Positions 12,425-26,135 of a DNA stretch of 64,000 nt are shown piece after piece. Numbering within the stretch: position 1 is the first letter of the stretch; each line of letters begins with the position of its first letter. The DNA comes from Marsupella aquatica (Eukaryota; Plantae; Marchantiophyta), in assembly GCA_973895155.1 (NCBI GenBank), contig OZ316892.1:16668357-16732356 (forward strand), in the 5' to 3' direction. The notes below the pieces were generated by a model. That model saw nothing but the letters and a program-made list of their open reading frames with translations, ran no database searches and had not been told where the DNA came from. A program made the position numbers and the translations under genes.

Positions 12425-13870
12425 ACTTCGAATTAAATTTGTGTTGACAGCACATCAAGCTTGCTGTCCAAGTATAGTTTCAGTGATCAGCCATAGTGGA
12501 TACATCCAGACTACGAGAAAGCTTACCTCTAGGACGAGCAGCGTAGGTAGGTGAAGCAAAGCTAAGATTTCTTTACATGATGGCAGCAGCTCAGATGTCA
12601 AGTTACAAAGTATCAGCAACACAGTATGCAGGGAAAAATAGCTTTCCACACTTCTACGTGCATAGTAAGGAGTTTATAACACTGCCACTGACATTCTCAG
12701 AATGCACAAATGGAGTTTCTTGGACTTCAACTCCGACGATAGAGCTCGAGGGACTCTACTATGGAGGAAGGACATGGCGGTGAAAGAGTCTACGGTAGTC
12801 TCTTCTGGCAATTGTGCATTAATGGAATGCAACCAAAGCGGTCATGGACTACCGCCTCACATTTAGACACATGATGCAAACTGGTGCCCAAACGAAGAAG
12901 CAAAGACCAATTCATGTACTGTGGAGATGCCTAGAAGTAGAAAAGATTTGGGACTCTGGGCATTTACAGTTTTGGGAATTCGAGCAGGCCAACAGTCCTA
13001 GTGAAAATCATGCTCTGGATGCTGGAAATGAATGAATTATAAAAATCAAGTTTCCGAGTGAAACGACCTTACTACACACAAACCAGTGAGAACTCAATCA
13101 AGAATTCCTCGTACCAACAAATTTCCGTTGAAACCACCATTCCACATGAACGAATCACCTCCATGACAAGACAGCCCCGCAACTTCTTGCAAACTCAGCC
13201 TTTGCTTGGAATACCTTCAATCACTGATAGTAAATAAACATTTACGATCAAGAAGACACTCTGTTGCGAAGAACGCCATGCAATTACTCATAAGGATCGA
13301 TCAGCCTAGAGTTTGCCACAAGAAAAAATAATGATTTCCACAGCACGTAAATCCTGCTTCTCATGTGCCAAAAGACTGAACGCACCAGTTGGACAGTACG
13401 GCTAATCGTGAACAATACATACGTTACCGCAAAGTAAAAAAAAATTGCACGATGCAGATAAATTCTCAAGTCAAACACAAACAATCCACATAAATTCTCG
13501 TGAATTCATGTTCCGACTGAGTTGTTGTGTGCCTCGCTTGGCAGTATCTTTAAAATTATCCCAGAGACTTCCACTACATTCTTACTAAGAATCCATGCAA
13601 AACAACAGTACACTGAAGCTTTCTAAGCTGCCAAACATTACACAGATGGAAGGCTTTGCCTTCGGCAAGAAATTTGAGAATCAAAGTATGATACAAACAC
13701 CCGGTCTGCGGTGAGGAGACCATCCAACCTCTATAGACAGAATTAACTTTAAACTAGGTCAAGTTCTAGCACCTTATAGTGATAGCATATGTCTGAGAAG
13801 CTGGTAAGAGCTTTTCCTCTTCTTTTTACTAAAATCCTACCCTATATTGTTTTAACTAGTTACTAAACAT

Positions 13871-16800
13871 TTACACAGCATATACTTTGACTACTTGCTG
13901 AATTGGCGCCCTGCACACAGGGCAGCCCCAATCCTTAGATTTAATCTCTTTCAAGCAATCCATGCAACCTGCTAAGTGGCCACATGGTATACAGACCGCT
14001 TCAGCTGGTGCGTCCCAGCAAATAACACACTGTCCACCCGACTTATCCTCAGCTTTTTGCTTAGTAGTAGGACCCTCACTGGATTCTGCACCAGATGCAT
14101 AGTCCACCTGAACCGGTGACGTATCTACAGAGGGATAATGAATTGGACCATCTAAAGGAAGAGGTGGGGCAGAGGGAGCAGGTGCAGTCGATGGAGACGC
14201 CACTAGAGTTACGGATTGGCTCAACGAGCTGGCAAGTCCTGAAGTTGGAGAAGGCGTAGGTTTGGAGGTTCCAGACTTACTAGACTCGGAGGTACTGGGG
14301 CTATCTGAAACTGAGGGCCCAAGCTTAGACGGTCCAGCTCCTGCGCTGGATCCTGGTCCCCAACCACTGTAGCTACTTTGGTCGCCCTCAACCCAACCCC
14401 CAAATTTCCCTGTGTCTGCATTCCTTTTGTCCGACGGTCCCCTGTTACCGCGACCTCCATCCCATGAATGTTGAGCTGATGGAGACACTGGAACACCCTC
14501 TTCTGATGCTGACAGAATTGAAGCATTTATAGCCATAGCTAGAGCAATCTCATCGGGTATTGGTTCAGCCGAAGGAACAGAAGTGGTTCGATTTGGTTGT
14601 CCTGTCGGTGTCCCAGAAGATGAAGATGTCGTAGTGGTTGGCTTCGATTGATTGGTTGCATTTGGTGGATTTGGTGGGGTGGTCGGGGATGACAACTGTG
14701 GAGCTGCAGGGCGGTTTAATGCTTGCAGTCCTTGTGGGGCAACCTGGGCTGATGATAGAGTCGGAGGCGCTGGTGGTCCACTTTCAATCTGCAACCACGT
14801 ACAAAGGACGGACATGAGCTACAAGCGCAAAAACGACACGAGGAAAACAATGCCCATTGCACTACTAGAGCAACAAAGAGAAATGAAATCTGAGTACGAC
14901 AAGATCCTGTTTGCTAGAATCTCTATTCAAGGGTGAGAGCTGCTTAGACATGGGAACAATCAAGAAACAATTAGCCCTGACAACAAAGCGAATCTTCACA
15001 AAGGAAAACCGGGTGCTTTTGAAGACCAACCCAACCACCCCGTGTCAATCTTCTCCTGAGGAATTGACTCGATGAAGTCCATGTTGCCATTAATCCATAC
15101 CAGGCACAACGATAAAAAAGTTCACTCAACAGATCCTGGAGACCTCTTATAATTTGGGCATGTGGTACCTGGCGTATCCCTCGCGCACATGCCTTGTAAA
15201 ACCTCTCCAGCTGTGCTTTGTCACCCTCATTTTCAGACATAAATTTGAACCGTACCTCTGCTTGCCAAAGAAGAGAACACCAGATGCGTATCAGAGTCGA
15301 ATCAGTTGTGTCCCACATCCATGATCTAATTCCCAGGTCACATTGTCGTTTGAGTAATGCTCTCAATCAGAATGTAATCCTGTTTAAATTTTGAAAGGGC
15401 TTAACGCATAGAATGAAAGACTGTCATCCACATGAAGCCTGGTGTTTAGAACATAGATGGAATGAATTTACCAGCTTCCAATTCTAGAAGTAATTGCCTA
15501 CTTATATAGTTCACGGGCTCATACTTACTTGCAGTTTTGTCAGTGGCTGTAATAACCAAAGTAGGATCGTGATGATTGAACTTGGGTTCATCCACTTCTG
15601 CTTTTGCTAACGAGATTACCGTCCGCGGTACGGCAACCTAAATCATAGATGCATTGAACCAAATCTCAGTTGCTTGACAAGATGACCATTCAACAGATGA
15701 ATCGGAGTAAAAGGCTAGATCGACATATTGTTCAGCGCCAGCTAGAACGACCCTGTGATTCAAAAGTGGCAGCGAAATGTTACCCTGGGATTCTGATAGA
15801 TGACAAGCTCGTTCCTTGGAAGTTTCCTGGGATCCGATTCCGTGGGTAAAACATACACCAACCTACTCCACACGAAGGGAAAGGGAAACAGTTTAAAATG
15901 GCCAGCATCTCCAACCTAATCAAGACACTTTAACTACTCCCTTCGACAGAGACGATAAGTATATCAGTCTAACAACACGAGAGTGAATACAGTGAATATG
16001 AAAGGACCAACTTCACGGCTGAAGAATATCCCAAGCATATATATGACAGCATGATTCTCAAATCCAATATCACAGAGAAGAACGGAGCATGGCTAGTTTC
16101 ACCCAAAGGTACAAAGATTACTCACACTTTTTTTGTCACGAACTGTGGAACAAAGACTTCCAAAAACCCTGGGCCCGATAGCTCACGCACCAATCCACTG
16201 AAAAGGCAAATTCTATCCTGCGAAATCGACAGAAATATAAATCACAACGGTCAGAGCCATTCATGGTTGATCGAACCCCCACACATCATGGCTGACTATG
16301 CTTGGCTACTGCTTAATTGATCCGCAGCCAAAAGTTGAATCTTCAAACTGGAAAGAGATCGAATGCTCAGACTGGCACAAATCACACAAGAGTTTCTTCA
16401 GAGAATTGGACAAACCTCGATGATACGAACAACGGACACGTGTGCTTTATTTCTTGCCATATCCAATGGAGTCAAGCCGTCATCGTTGATGGCAAGAGGA
16501 TTAGCTGCAAGCAATTTTGGAAGCGGTTAATATCGCAGGTCTTACAGGTAATCGTAACCTCCATCCAAGTTCTTCTCAGCCACAGTAATCACACCTTCTA
16601 TACGGGCACTTCAGCTTACCTCCACGAGCAAGAAGCAGGACGACTATCTTGTCAAGACCTCTCTTCGCTGCGTGATGTAAAGGATAACCCCCATGGGGTC
16701 CTGTGAACGGTGACAGAATAAACTCTTTAGTTTACAGAATATGAAAAGAGTCCGCAACGCCTCATCAGAAAACTTTTTTAACACTGGGAACATCATGTTC

Positions 16801-17680
16801 CACCGCTTAGGCAGAAAAGGATCATCCACACAATAACCAAGCCTTTGTTTTCCAATTGTTGAGAAGATTCCAATTGCATTCAAGAGAGATATACCTGTTC
16901 TATATGCGTCAAGCTTTGCTCCCTCATTCAGTAAGGTTATGACCATATCATACAAATCTCCACGAGTACAGGCTAGGATCAATGGTGTCCTTCCCTCTTT
17001 GTCCGGCCACTGCTTGTCAAGTCCAGCATACGTCAGATAAGACGACTGTCACAAACTTCCCGACTGACACAAGATTACTATGATTGTTCAAACTCATCGC
17101 AACGATGCTGTACAACCCCCTAATCTGTAAAGCATAACAGTGAGACTTTCACTCCAAGCACACATCTGAGATCAGCTAAGGAATAGATGGATTGCCGTTC
17201 TTCTGATTCAGGAAAATGTCTGAAACGCAAGAGTAGACAAAATGTCTTCGTAAAATTCGAACCCGGAAGAAAAGGAATGGCTAGACAGAAGGACTTTGCC
17301 TCGGAAGAACGCCCTACTCTAGGTCTTGCCAATCTCCAAGTCGGAGGGACCCATAAGAATAACTACGCGTAATTGCAATTTCTGTGATCCGATCACAAAC
17401 GACTTCACTTCTAATTGCAGATTGCGGTTTTGCTGATTAAGACAGCAGACACATTATCGACTGAACAGCCCTGAGGCTTTCTCGAAATCAAACCAGTATT
17501 TCAAACATGACGAGCTGGATATACTCTACATGCTACATTTAACACCAAAGAAACATTGGGCTCCAGTAGGAGACAGACCTCCAACGAAGCTCCATCTCGA
17601 CGCAAAGTTTTCACTGCTTGATGGTTTGAATTTATCACAGCTTGATATAGTGCCTCCTCCTTTGATTGACCCGTACCCAT
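13871..17680 (-). CDS. XBAT35: Ankyrin-repeat RING (C3HC4) E3 ubiquitin ligase, XBAT34/XBAT35 family
   Basis: First coding exon 17680-17578 reads MGTGQSKEEALYQAVINSNHQAVKTLRRDGASLE (MGxxxS myristoylation-type N-terminus). Next come WPDKEGRTPLILAC, GGYPLHHAAKRGL, NDDGLTPLDMAR and RICLFSGLVRELSGPGFLE. The last exon ends in CVICWDAPAEAVCIPCGHLAGCMDCLKEIKSKDWGCPVCRAPIQQVVKVYAV*. Confidence 0.93.
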
Positions 17681-20159
17681 CTCCCAATTTGAATGTCTGC
17701 AGACGTACCGCTCATTGAATTAGTAGACGAAACAATTGTCTGTATATTCCTTTATAGGCCCACCAAAAACTGACGCAACCAACGCTCCGCGAAAGCATTC
17801 CTGGTATAGGAGTATCCATGACGACTGTCTCTTGACATCGTAGTCTTGTGAAGACTTGCACGTCGTGATCGATTCAAAAATTGCGATATAGAAAATGCAA
17901 GCAAACAAGTTGAGCTCGAAGGTCACCGAATCGAAGCACAGAACTGCTACAAGAAAAGCAAAAGAGATCATTCGCACTACGGTGTTGGTCCCTCCTTGAA
18001 CTGGCGAGGTCAGAATGATATCGTTGCGTATGAATCAGTTATGACCTTATAATTAAAAAATAAGATAAAATATAGAACTCGGATTGATGACAAACAATTT
18101 CGCTAAGAAATTGGATGCCCCTTTCGACAAGAACCCTGCTTCAATCGGCCCAAACGAGCAACGAGCGGCGGGGAAGCCACAAAGCGAGGAACTTGTACGG
18201 GGCCAAACATACCGGCTCTGAGCTAATGTACGGGCCCCTTCCCTTGACATGAGAGGACGTGCCTAGTTAGGTCCTCTACTCTGTCACAGGAACGTCGAAT
18301 CAAGTACATCCAGCATCTTACCAGAAAGATCACATGCTTACGTTCTCGATGGCCGCCAAAAAAGCACGTCACACTCGTGCCCCTTGAATGGTCTGAATGA
18401 AATCCCAACGTCCCGACACTCTCGGGTACTCTCGGGTACTCTCTCGCTCTCGCTCTCTCTAGGGGAGGTGAGTGATTCCGATTCGAGCGAACGGGCTGTA
18501 GGAACGCACCCAGAGAAACTGATGCTCGCCAACCCCCCTCTTCCTCCTCCAACCTAAAACCAATTTCGACCAGCAGCGGCAGTATCCTCGCTCACCCTAC
18601 AACTAACTTCCTCAAATCTATATCTCTCTATCCCTTCCTCAAGTTGCATACACCGCAGTCAAACGCTGGCAGTTGAATGAATGGAATCCAATCGAACGGG
18701 ATGGAATGGAATGGAATTACTCAATACCACTTGGCGCTGTGCTCGGATTGATGATGATGACTCCCCTCACGCCGTCTTCCTCCTCTTCCCGTACGCTTTC
18801 TCCTTCACAATTCGAACCAACCGCCGAGCCTGCTCCGCTCCGAGGCGAGGCGAGGCGAGGCGAGACGTGTGCTTATCGTATCTTCGAACGGCGACCTCAC
18901 TCTTCTCTGTTTGCTTCGCTGTTCGCTGTTTCGTTTGAAGTAAAACTCCGAGAGAGGTTCCGACTGGGACAAACGAAATCCTTGTTACTATCTCAATATA
19001 GGTCCTCCTCCCGTCATTGTTCCCAACTCTACGTCCTCCGCCGCACCACCAGTTGACAAAATTTCTATCTCCCGCGGAACCGAATCCACTCAATTGTCGA
19101 ACACAAAAAATCAAAACCAGACATTCAAACGAGCAAAATCGAAGGCTGCACAAGCGAACACTCACCAACAGTCACGCACTCCTGCGACTGACAGTGCGAT
19201 AGATTGACGAACTCCGTTCCTTCCAGCTGTTGACCCGCCGGCTCTCTACGAAGCAAGCCTCTCCGAAGATTTCCCTATCGAGAGAAAAGGACGGTGGATG
19301 AGAGAATTGGGAAATGTTGGATTGACCAATAAGTGATGAATCCACGACAAATTCGGCTCCCTTACTTGCGGCCCACGCCCACAGGTCACACGCACACACA
19401 CACACACAAAGGCAGCACATAAACACGGCCAAACGAAACAACGAGGGAGGAGGAGGAGGAGGAGCAGCAGCGACGCAGAAGCGCAATACCGCGATTGCTA
19501 TCGTGGTGGTCGTCGTTCGAACTGCGCTGTCACCTCTTCCCTTTCCCTCGCGTTCCCCACTCCGGTCCAGTGTTTCCTTTCTACAGGCATTTTTCGCACA
19601 TTTGCCATTTTCGCACATTTACCACTTGACGGGGGCTTGCGAGCGACACAAAGAGTTATTGGACAGAATAAACGGCCCAGATCCTACCGGACATAGATCT
19701 CACGAGAAAAGCTCTTAGCCCAAAATACAAAAGTAAACACCGCCTTCCTTCGCCCCCACTCCTTCTGTTTTGCTGCCTCGCCTCCTTGGTCTACAGGACG
19801 GTAGGGTTTGTTTATTGAAAGTTTTGAGCTCCTTAGGACAAAATTCTAGGTGTTGTTTTTGAGATTTGGGAAAACAGTTGGGACACATATTTTAGGAGTC
19901 TTCTAGCATTTTTACGTAAGCCCTTTTTTAATTTTTAAAAATTCAAATCTAAAGAATTATTTGAGCATTATTGGGCCATAATTCAAAACCTAAAAAACAT
20001 TGAGTTTTTGTTGCTTTTGACCAAACTTGATGGTTCCTACAGTAGACTGGATAGACCTGTTTGGACTAGTCTGGTCTGGTCTGGCAATGAGTTGCGTACA
20101 TTACTTGCACTACCTTGTCTTCACTCCGGCATTGCTTAAGTCCAATGATGGATCCCTCT

Positions 20160-23100
20160 AAGGGAAAAAAGAAGATGCTAGGGCGAGGAGCGGGCGAATG
20201 GCGAGCGGCGGCGAGGGAGCGAATGGCGAGCAAACGGGCGAAGGTGGAGCGGCGACCGGCTGGGGTGCGGTGAGGAGCGAGCGAGGAGTTTCGGGAGGCG
20301 TGGGGTAATAATGAGGGTCCCCGGGCCCCCAGGAGCGGAGGTTGTCAGCCTGGGCTGACACTCCCGGCTCTGCCCTGTGCCCGGGAAGGACGGCCTTGCG
20401 CCCGGGATAGACGGCCTTGGGCTTGGGAAGGGTCGCTCCCCCCCCTCCGGTTGGGTAGGGTTTCTTGGGTTGGCGGCCCCGGTTTTCCTTTGCGGTTTTG
20501 TGCTTGGCGGCCCCGCCCCTGGTTTGGTTGGTGGGGCTGGACCCCCACCAACGGCGGTTCCCGTTCGCACTCTGGCTCTGCGACTACGAGGTTTTTTTGT
20601 TCGGCCTTTGGAGGCGTTCCTTCGGGTCACCAGGTTTCTGTGTTCAGCGCGGCTTGCCACTACCGGGTTGAGGTTCTTTGCCTTGGACATCCATCCCTTG
20701 TTCCTTCGTTTCTGTTTTTGTTTTGCTCGTGTTTTTCGGTGTTGTTCTTGTACTCTTTTTTCATTGTTCCGTTCATTTATTTTCTTTTCCTTTGCCCCCA
20801 CCCTTTATCTCAGCTTTTTCCCAGCATTTTCCCATGGAACCCCCCTCCTATCCTAGTTCCCCACCTACCACTCCTGTCCCTATGGCTTCACCATCTTCCA
20901 CCCCTCACTCAGCTCGCCAGTTCCGTCCCTCTTCCCCCCCCCACTTCTCCTTCTGATTCCCGTGTCCAGTGTGATGCTTCTCACAGTTGGTACCAGCCAT
21001 CTGGTCTTACTCGCCACCGTCGCTCATGTCCCGCTCTTCGTGCTTCCTCCTCCTCTGTGCTACCCCCGGCCCCCTTTCCCCCTCCCCCGTCTGGCCCCCC
21101 TTCTTCTTCTTGGGATTGGCTGGCCCACCTGGATGTCCTTGCGGCTCTTTATCCCAGTTTTCGGCATCCTTGACTGTATACCCAGATTCCTGTGCCCTTG
21201 CGGCCCCTGCTTCGACAGGCCTTTCGTCTTCCTTTTGACCGGCTAGCACGTGACCCCACTGATGTTGGTGCCTGGTCCCTTCTCCTCTTGCTTCCTCATT
21301 GGGTGTTGACTCTCCCTCCTCGTGGGGGCCCGGCTGGGCATAGAGAGACCATTGCCAGGTTGCAACAGTTTTTATCGGGGGACTGGGTTTTGTTCCAGGA
21401 GGAGTTCTATCACCGGCTTCTTGCGTTAGCCTCTAGGGCCTCTGAGGTTGAGAAGCAACCACTGGTCCCTCCTGTACAGTGCCGCCTTCGCCGATGCCTT
21501 TTGTTGGGACAGGAGGGGGAGTTCTCTCGGGCCGCACGTTCCTTGGTTCCCCTTCCCCCTCTTCTCCTTTGGTCGAGACTGTTGCGGCCCTTCGGTCCCT
21601 TCATCCTCCGGCTTCTTGCGCGGTTCCAGGTTTCATTGGGAGTTTCTCTTCGGAGGTTGAGTTCTCCCTTTCTCGCGAGATTTTTTCCTCTGTCTTCCTC
21701 CATTTGCCCCGTTTTTCCGCTGGGGGCATCTCTGGGATGAGGTTTGAGCACCTCAGGGATTGCTTCTCCCCCGATGACTCGGCGTCGGGTTTCCTGGAGT
21801 TGTTCCAGGTGTGTGCTCATGTTGCAGGTGGCCGCATTTAGCCTGTTGCCACTCGGCTCTTGGGGGCCTGTCGGCTCATGGCTATGGCCAAGGAGACGGT
21901 TGGTGTTCGACCCCTGGCCATTGGGGAGGTTCTGTATCGTTTGGTTAGCCATTGCATTTGTTTACAGATGAGGGCCCCGTTTGCTTCACACTTCTTCCCC
22001 CACCAGTTCGGTGTGGCCACCCCGGGCGCTTGTGAGAGTGTGGTTCATGGCCTGCATGCCGTTTTGGACCTCCACCCTGATTGGGGGATCATTCAGGTGG
22101 ATGTTGCCAATGCCCTCAACTCTGTCTCCTGTCGCGTGATTTTCGAGGAGCTTTGGGATGCTGGGGGGAGATTGCATCCCTCATCCCTTTTGTTCGGGCT
22201 TTTTATGGGACCCCTGCCCCATTGGCCTACTCTGACCATCTGGCATCTAGGACATACTCCACCATTTTATCTGAGTCCGACACTCGGCAGGGGGATCCCC
22301 TTGGTGGTGCGTTGTTTGCCTTGGCTCATCTTCGGGCCATCCGGGCTTCTTCCGGTGCCTTTCCAGGTTGTTTGTTCCCCTCTGTTGCTGACGATACTCA
22401 CATTGTTGCTTCTCCTATGCTTCTTGGAGATGCCTATATCCATTTTGTTCAACAGCTTGCCATTATTGGTTTGTCAGTACAGCCTAGGAAGTGTGGGGTC
22501 TGGTCCCGTCTTCCTCTCCCGGACTCATTCTCCCCCCCTCTTGATATCCCCCTTAGACATGATGGCCTTCGGGTCCTTGGTGTGCCGTTTGGGGGGATGG
22601 CCTTTGAGCAGGAGTTTCTTCGGTCTGCCTTGGACTAGGATGTTTTGCACATTGACCAGTTGGTGGCTCTTGGAGATGTCCAGATTGCCTTCTTGATTCT
22701 GGTTTTGTGTTTTGTTCGCTGACCATCCTACCTTCTGCGCACGGTCCCCCCCAACCCAGCGTTTTTGTCCTTGCTCTCTTCCTTTGACACCACCGTGATG
22801 CGGGTCTTTGGTCACCTCATCGGTCCAGGAGCCCTTGATGGAGAGGATGGTTCTTTTGCGGCTAGGCAAGCGTCTCTGCCCCCATCGGGAGGTGGTTTGG
22901 GGGTGTCTTCGGCTGTGGTTGCTGCTCCTTGTGTGTTTCTTGGCAGCTGGGTGTAGGTGGCCCCCGCCTTGGCATCACATTTCATTGTGGACCTTCGGCC
23001 TATCCTCTCTGACTTGGTCATGGGAGTGGAGAACGGAGCTCTCCCTGTTCAGGTCCAGCTTCGTCATGCCCGGTCCTTACTACCGGAGGATGTGCAAAGC

Positions 23101-24252
23101 GTGGTCCCTGCTTTTGAGGGAGTTATTTTGGACAGTCCTGACCGGGTTCAACAGGTGATCTCCGATCGCATGCATCGATTCACCCTTTCTAGCATGCTTT
23201 CTGACGCACCTTCTAACCTGGTTTGGGCGCGTCTTTTATCCGGTTCGGGCGTTGGTTCGGGGGCTTGGCTATCTGTGAGCCCATTGTGGGCCCCCTTTCG
23301 TATGAGTTCTTTTGTCTTCACCACTTCCATGCGCCTCCGACTTGGTCTTCCCCACCCATGCCTCCTTGGGCAACCCACATGCGTTTGTGGAGCGCCCTTG
23401 GATAGGGGGGGAATCCATATCCTACGATGTGGTCATGGCAGTGAGCGGACGGCGACACACGATGACATACAGGATGTGGTCGCCGCCATCGCTCGTGATT
23501 CCGAACTCGTATCATGTTATGATGGAGCAACGACATGTGTTACCACCCCGGGATGGAGTTCTGGACAGGCGTCAGGCTGATTTGGTTTTCTCTCGCGCTG
23601 GTGTTTGTGCCCTTGGGGATGTGGTTGTTGCTGACCCCACGAGTGGAGTCAATTTGGCTTCCGCTGCCCATATCCCAGGTCATGCTGCCACGAGGGTTGC
23701 TCGCTTCAAGGAGGAGGCTTATGCTACGCATTACCCAGAGGACCTTTTCTACCCGTTTGCCGTGGAGGTCTTTGGAGCGCTGCACCCAACTTTTGACCAT
23801 TTCTTGTGCTCTTGTGCAGTTCATTATGTCGAGCGGCGGCCTTATCCACCCGTCTCTGTTATCACTGCCTTTTTTAGACAGCGGGTGTCCATTGCACTTC
23901 AGCGAGCACAGGCCTTCACTATCCTTTGTAGAGGAGAGGTGGTTGGAGTCAGGGCATCTAGTCGGATTCCATTGCTTGACCCCCCTATGCAGTTCACGAC
24001 GGAGCTTTATCAGGCCCTTCATTTTGCTGTTGGGTAGTCTTTTAGAGTTGTGTGTCCTTTGTTCTCCTTGGGCTGGGCTTGTGCCTGGTCTTTTTTGTTT
24101 TTGCTCTTTGGCCTTCTGGCCATTTTTCTTGTTTTCCCTTGATTGGGTTTTTTGGCCTGTGGGATCCTGTCTCCCGGTTCAGCGCCTCTTGCTCTTTGGC
24201 AATCTGTTATCTAAGGTTTGCTACTGGATTGATCATCCGGGATTCAAGTAAA
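20160..24252 (+). mobile_element. CRE-clade non-LTR retrotransposon (RT plus restriction-like endonuclease), degenerate; boundaries approximate
   Basis: GC-rich block that differs sharply from its flanks. It has a ~670-bp 5' leader, one long disrupted ORF and a pyrimidine-rich 3' UTR. No LTRs and no convincing TSD were found. Confidence 0.8.
20834..24037 (+). pseudogene. Disrupted CRE ORF: N-terminal Zn finger, reverse transcriptase, CCHC knuckle, PD-(D/E)xK-type endonuclease
   Basis: Motifs read across frameshifts: CDASHSWYQPSGLTRHRRSC; SAGGISGMRFEHL; VRPLAIGEVLYRL; HQFGVATPGACE; VDVANALNSVS; RQGDPLGGALFAL; SVADDTHI; LRVLGVPFG; LPPSGGGLG; SGAWL; MRLRLGL; CVCGAPLDRGGIHILRC; RQADLVF..GDVVVADP..FKEEAY; FYPFAVEVFGAL; RVSIALQRAQA. 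Several stops and frameshifts are present. Confidence 0.85.
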
Positions 24253-24349
24253 TAAGGAGGAGGAGATGAGACTATTATGAGGAGAAACAAGCCAACCAAG
24301 GACTGGTGGGTTTGGCATAGGCTTGGACATGTGACAAGACCCTCAAAAT

Positions 24350-25700
24350 CAGTATGGGATTCACTCAATTAAGAAAGCTCAAAGTGTGATTATGAGCACA
24401 TGGTACACTACTGAAAACAATTCAGAAGCACATGTTTGCTAAAGGAAGCATGTGTGTATAATTTAGTGTCACTGCAACGTGTGCAAATGTTTGCAAATGA
24501 AAGTATTAGGAGGGCTATATTTAACTCGAATGGCCATTGAACAAACCAGGTCTACTAGTATGTGTGAGTTACTCTGGTTCATCTCATTTGAGCCCATCAA
24601 TTTGACAATCAGGCTCAATGGGGCAAAACTCAAACAAGGAGTCCCAAATGATACAAAGTTTGGAGGCCAGACTAATATGACCAAGGTGAACCTGGGTGAC
24701 ACGCCTCAAGAAGCATATTGATGGAGTGTTCTCCTCAAATGATTGTGGGAAGTAGTGGGTGCTTCCTACTACAAGGGCTCAGGCCCAAACTGAAATGCCA
24801 ATATTATTGTGACCACCAGTCTATTTGAGGAGTTCTTGCGGCTCATTGGAAAGCTATGAATGACAGTTAATTACCTCCATGAACTTAGGACATTCCTTAG
24901 GGTAGAATGGTGCTCAAGTAATTGGATGAGCAATTTTAAATAAGCACTGGTGGGCATTTTGTGCTAGGCATTTACTCTTAGGTATAGAGTAACCATTGTA
25001 ATGGTACTAGGCTAGCCATAGCCATGGACTTGGTTAAGTTAGCATTGCTGGATACTTTATATGCAAGCAAATGTTTGCTTGTGTGAGGAACTCAGGTTCA
25101 TGTTATTGAGCAACTTGAGAGGTAGAAAGAGTTTGTGATGTGGAGACTTGGTATGGCCAACACGCCTAGAGTGCAATAAAGCTCTAGTGTGTTCCAAAAG
25201 ACAGAGCCTCATTGGAGGTGAATCATGTATCTCTTGTTGTCAACTATTTGTTTGTTGATGGGCACATGTGCATGTTATTGTGAGTAGCATCCATGCTTAC
25301 CACATGGATAGATGGAACTAGGAGTGTCATTGGATGGTGTCCTGAAAGTTTTGGGAATCCTTGGTAGGCAAGGAGCATAGCATTGTGTTGGGAGTCTAGC
25401 GGAGCCATGAGTGGCTCCATTGATTTTGTGAGTTGTAGCATTGGGGAATTTGAGGTGGTCTCGGAGTTTGAGGACAAGCTATGTGCCTAGGGCCATTAGC
25501 ATCATGTCCTAGAGGCAATGAGGATAGTCCATGACAAATAGAAAGTGGGGAAGCAAAGGCACACATGACAAAGTTGCTCCGGACAAGCACTGGGCGTCAA
25601 CCCTTTGTGTTTACTTATGGCAAGACCGACAAAGTCTGGGATATTCTATTTGTTGATCAAGTTACCAATCATTGTTAAGCTTGGAACAAGACAATGACCA
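24350..25700 (+). mobile_element. Possible heavily decayed retroelement gag-like remnant
   Basis: Broken frames give YNLVSLQRVQMFANESIR (loosely like the gag Q-x3-ES motif) and a GH...SCP knuckle-like remnant near 25490-25510. Evidence is very weak. Confidence 0.2.
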
Positions 25701-26135
25701 ACTTGTCCCTTGCTACCTCGAACAGGGTTTTTACCTTAGGATTCTGTATGTATGTGCATGTCATGGTCGAGTCAAAGTTGAGTTAGTTGCTAGCAGCCTT
25801 GGTGGAATAAGTTCCGCTTCATATGGGAGTTGTCATGTATGGTGAAGGGGATCACGTGAGTTAGCTTATTCAATGTTTGGTAGTAGTGCCAAGGTCAAGC
25901 CGTGTTTGGGGAGAAAGAATCAAGCGTGACACTGGCGCTTTGTGGGAAGGCTATGATTCAATCATGCAAACATGATAGCCATAGACCCCTTTGGCTTGCA
26001 GGGTTCATAACTCTCTTATCTCTCCTTGGACTAAGCTAAACTTGTTCATTTGAAAATTGATTCTACTATCTTTCGGCTGAGCTAACCTGGGTCTTATAAA
26101 TTTGAATTGTTGTGAAGATATCTTATTTGCAATAT

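Noticed and set aside
20178-21249. Long overlapping ORFs on both strands in the CRE leader (e.g. 20178-20801 minus)
   Set aside because: Explained by GC-rich, strand-skewed low-complexity sequence with few stops. No domains were recognised.
20158-24270. TAAGG...GATG at both CRE ends as a target-site duplication
   Set aside because: The purine-rich middles differ at many positions, so it is not distinguishable from chance.
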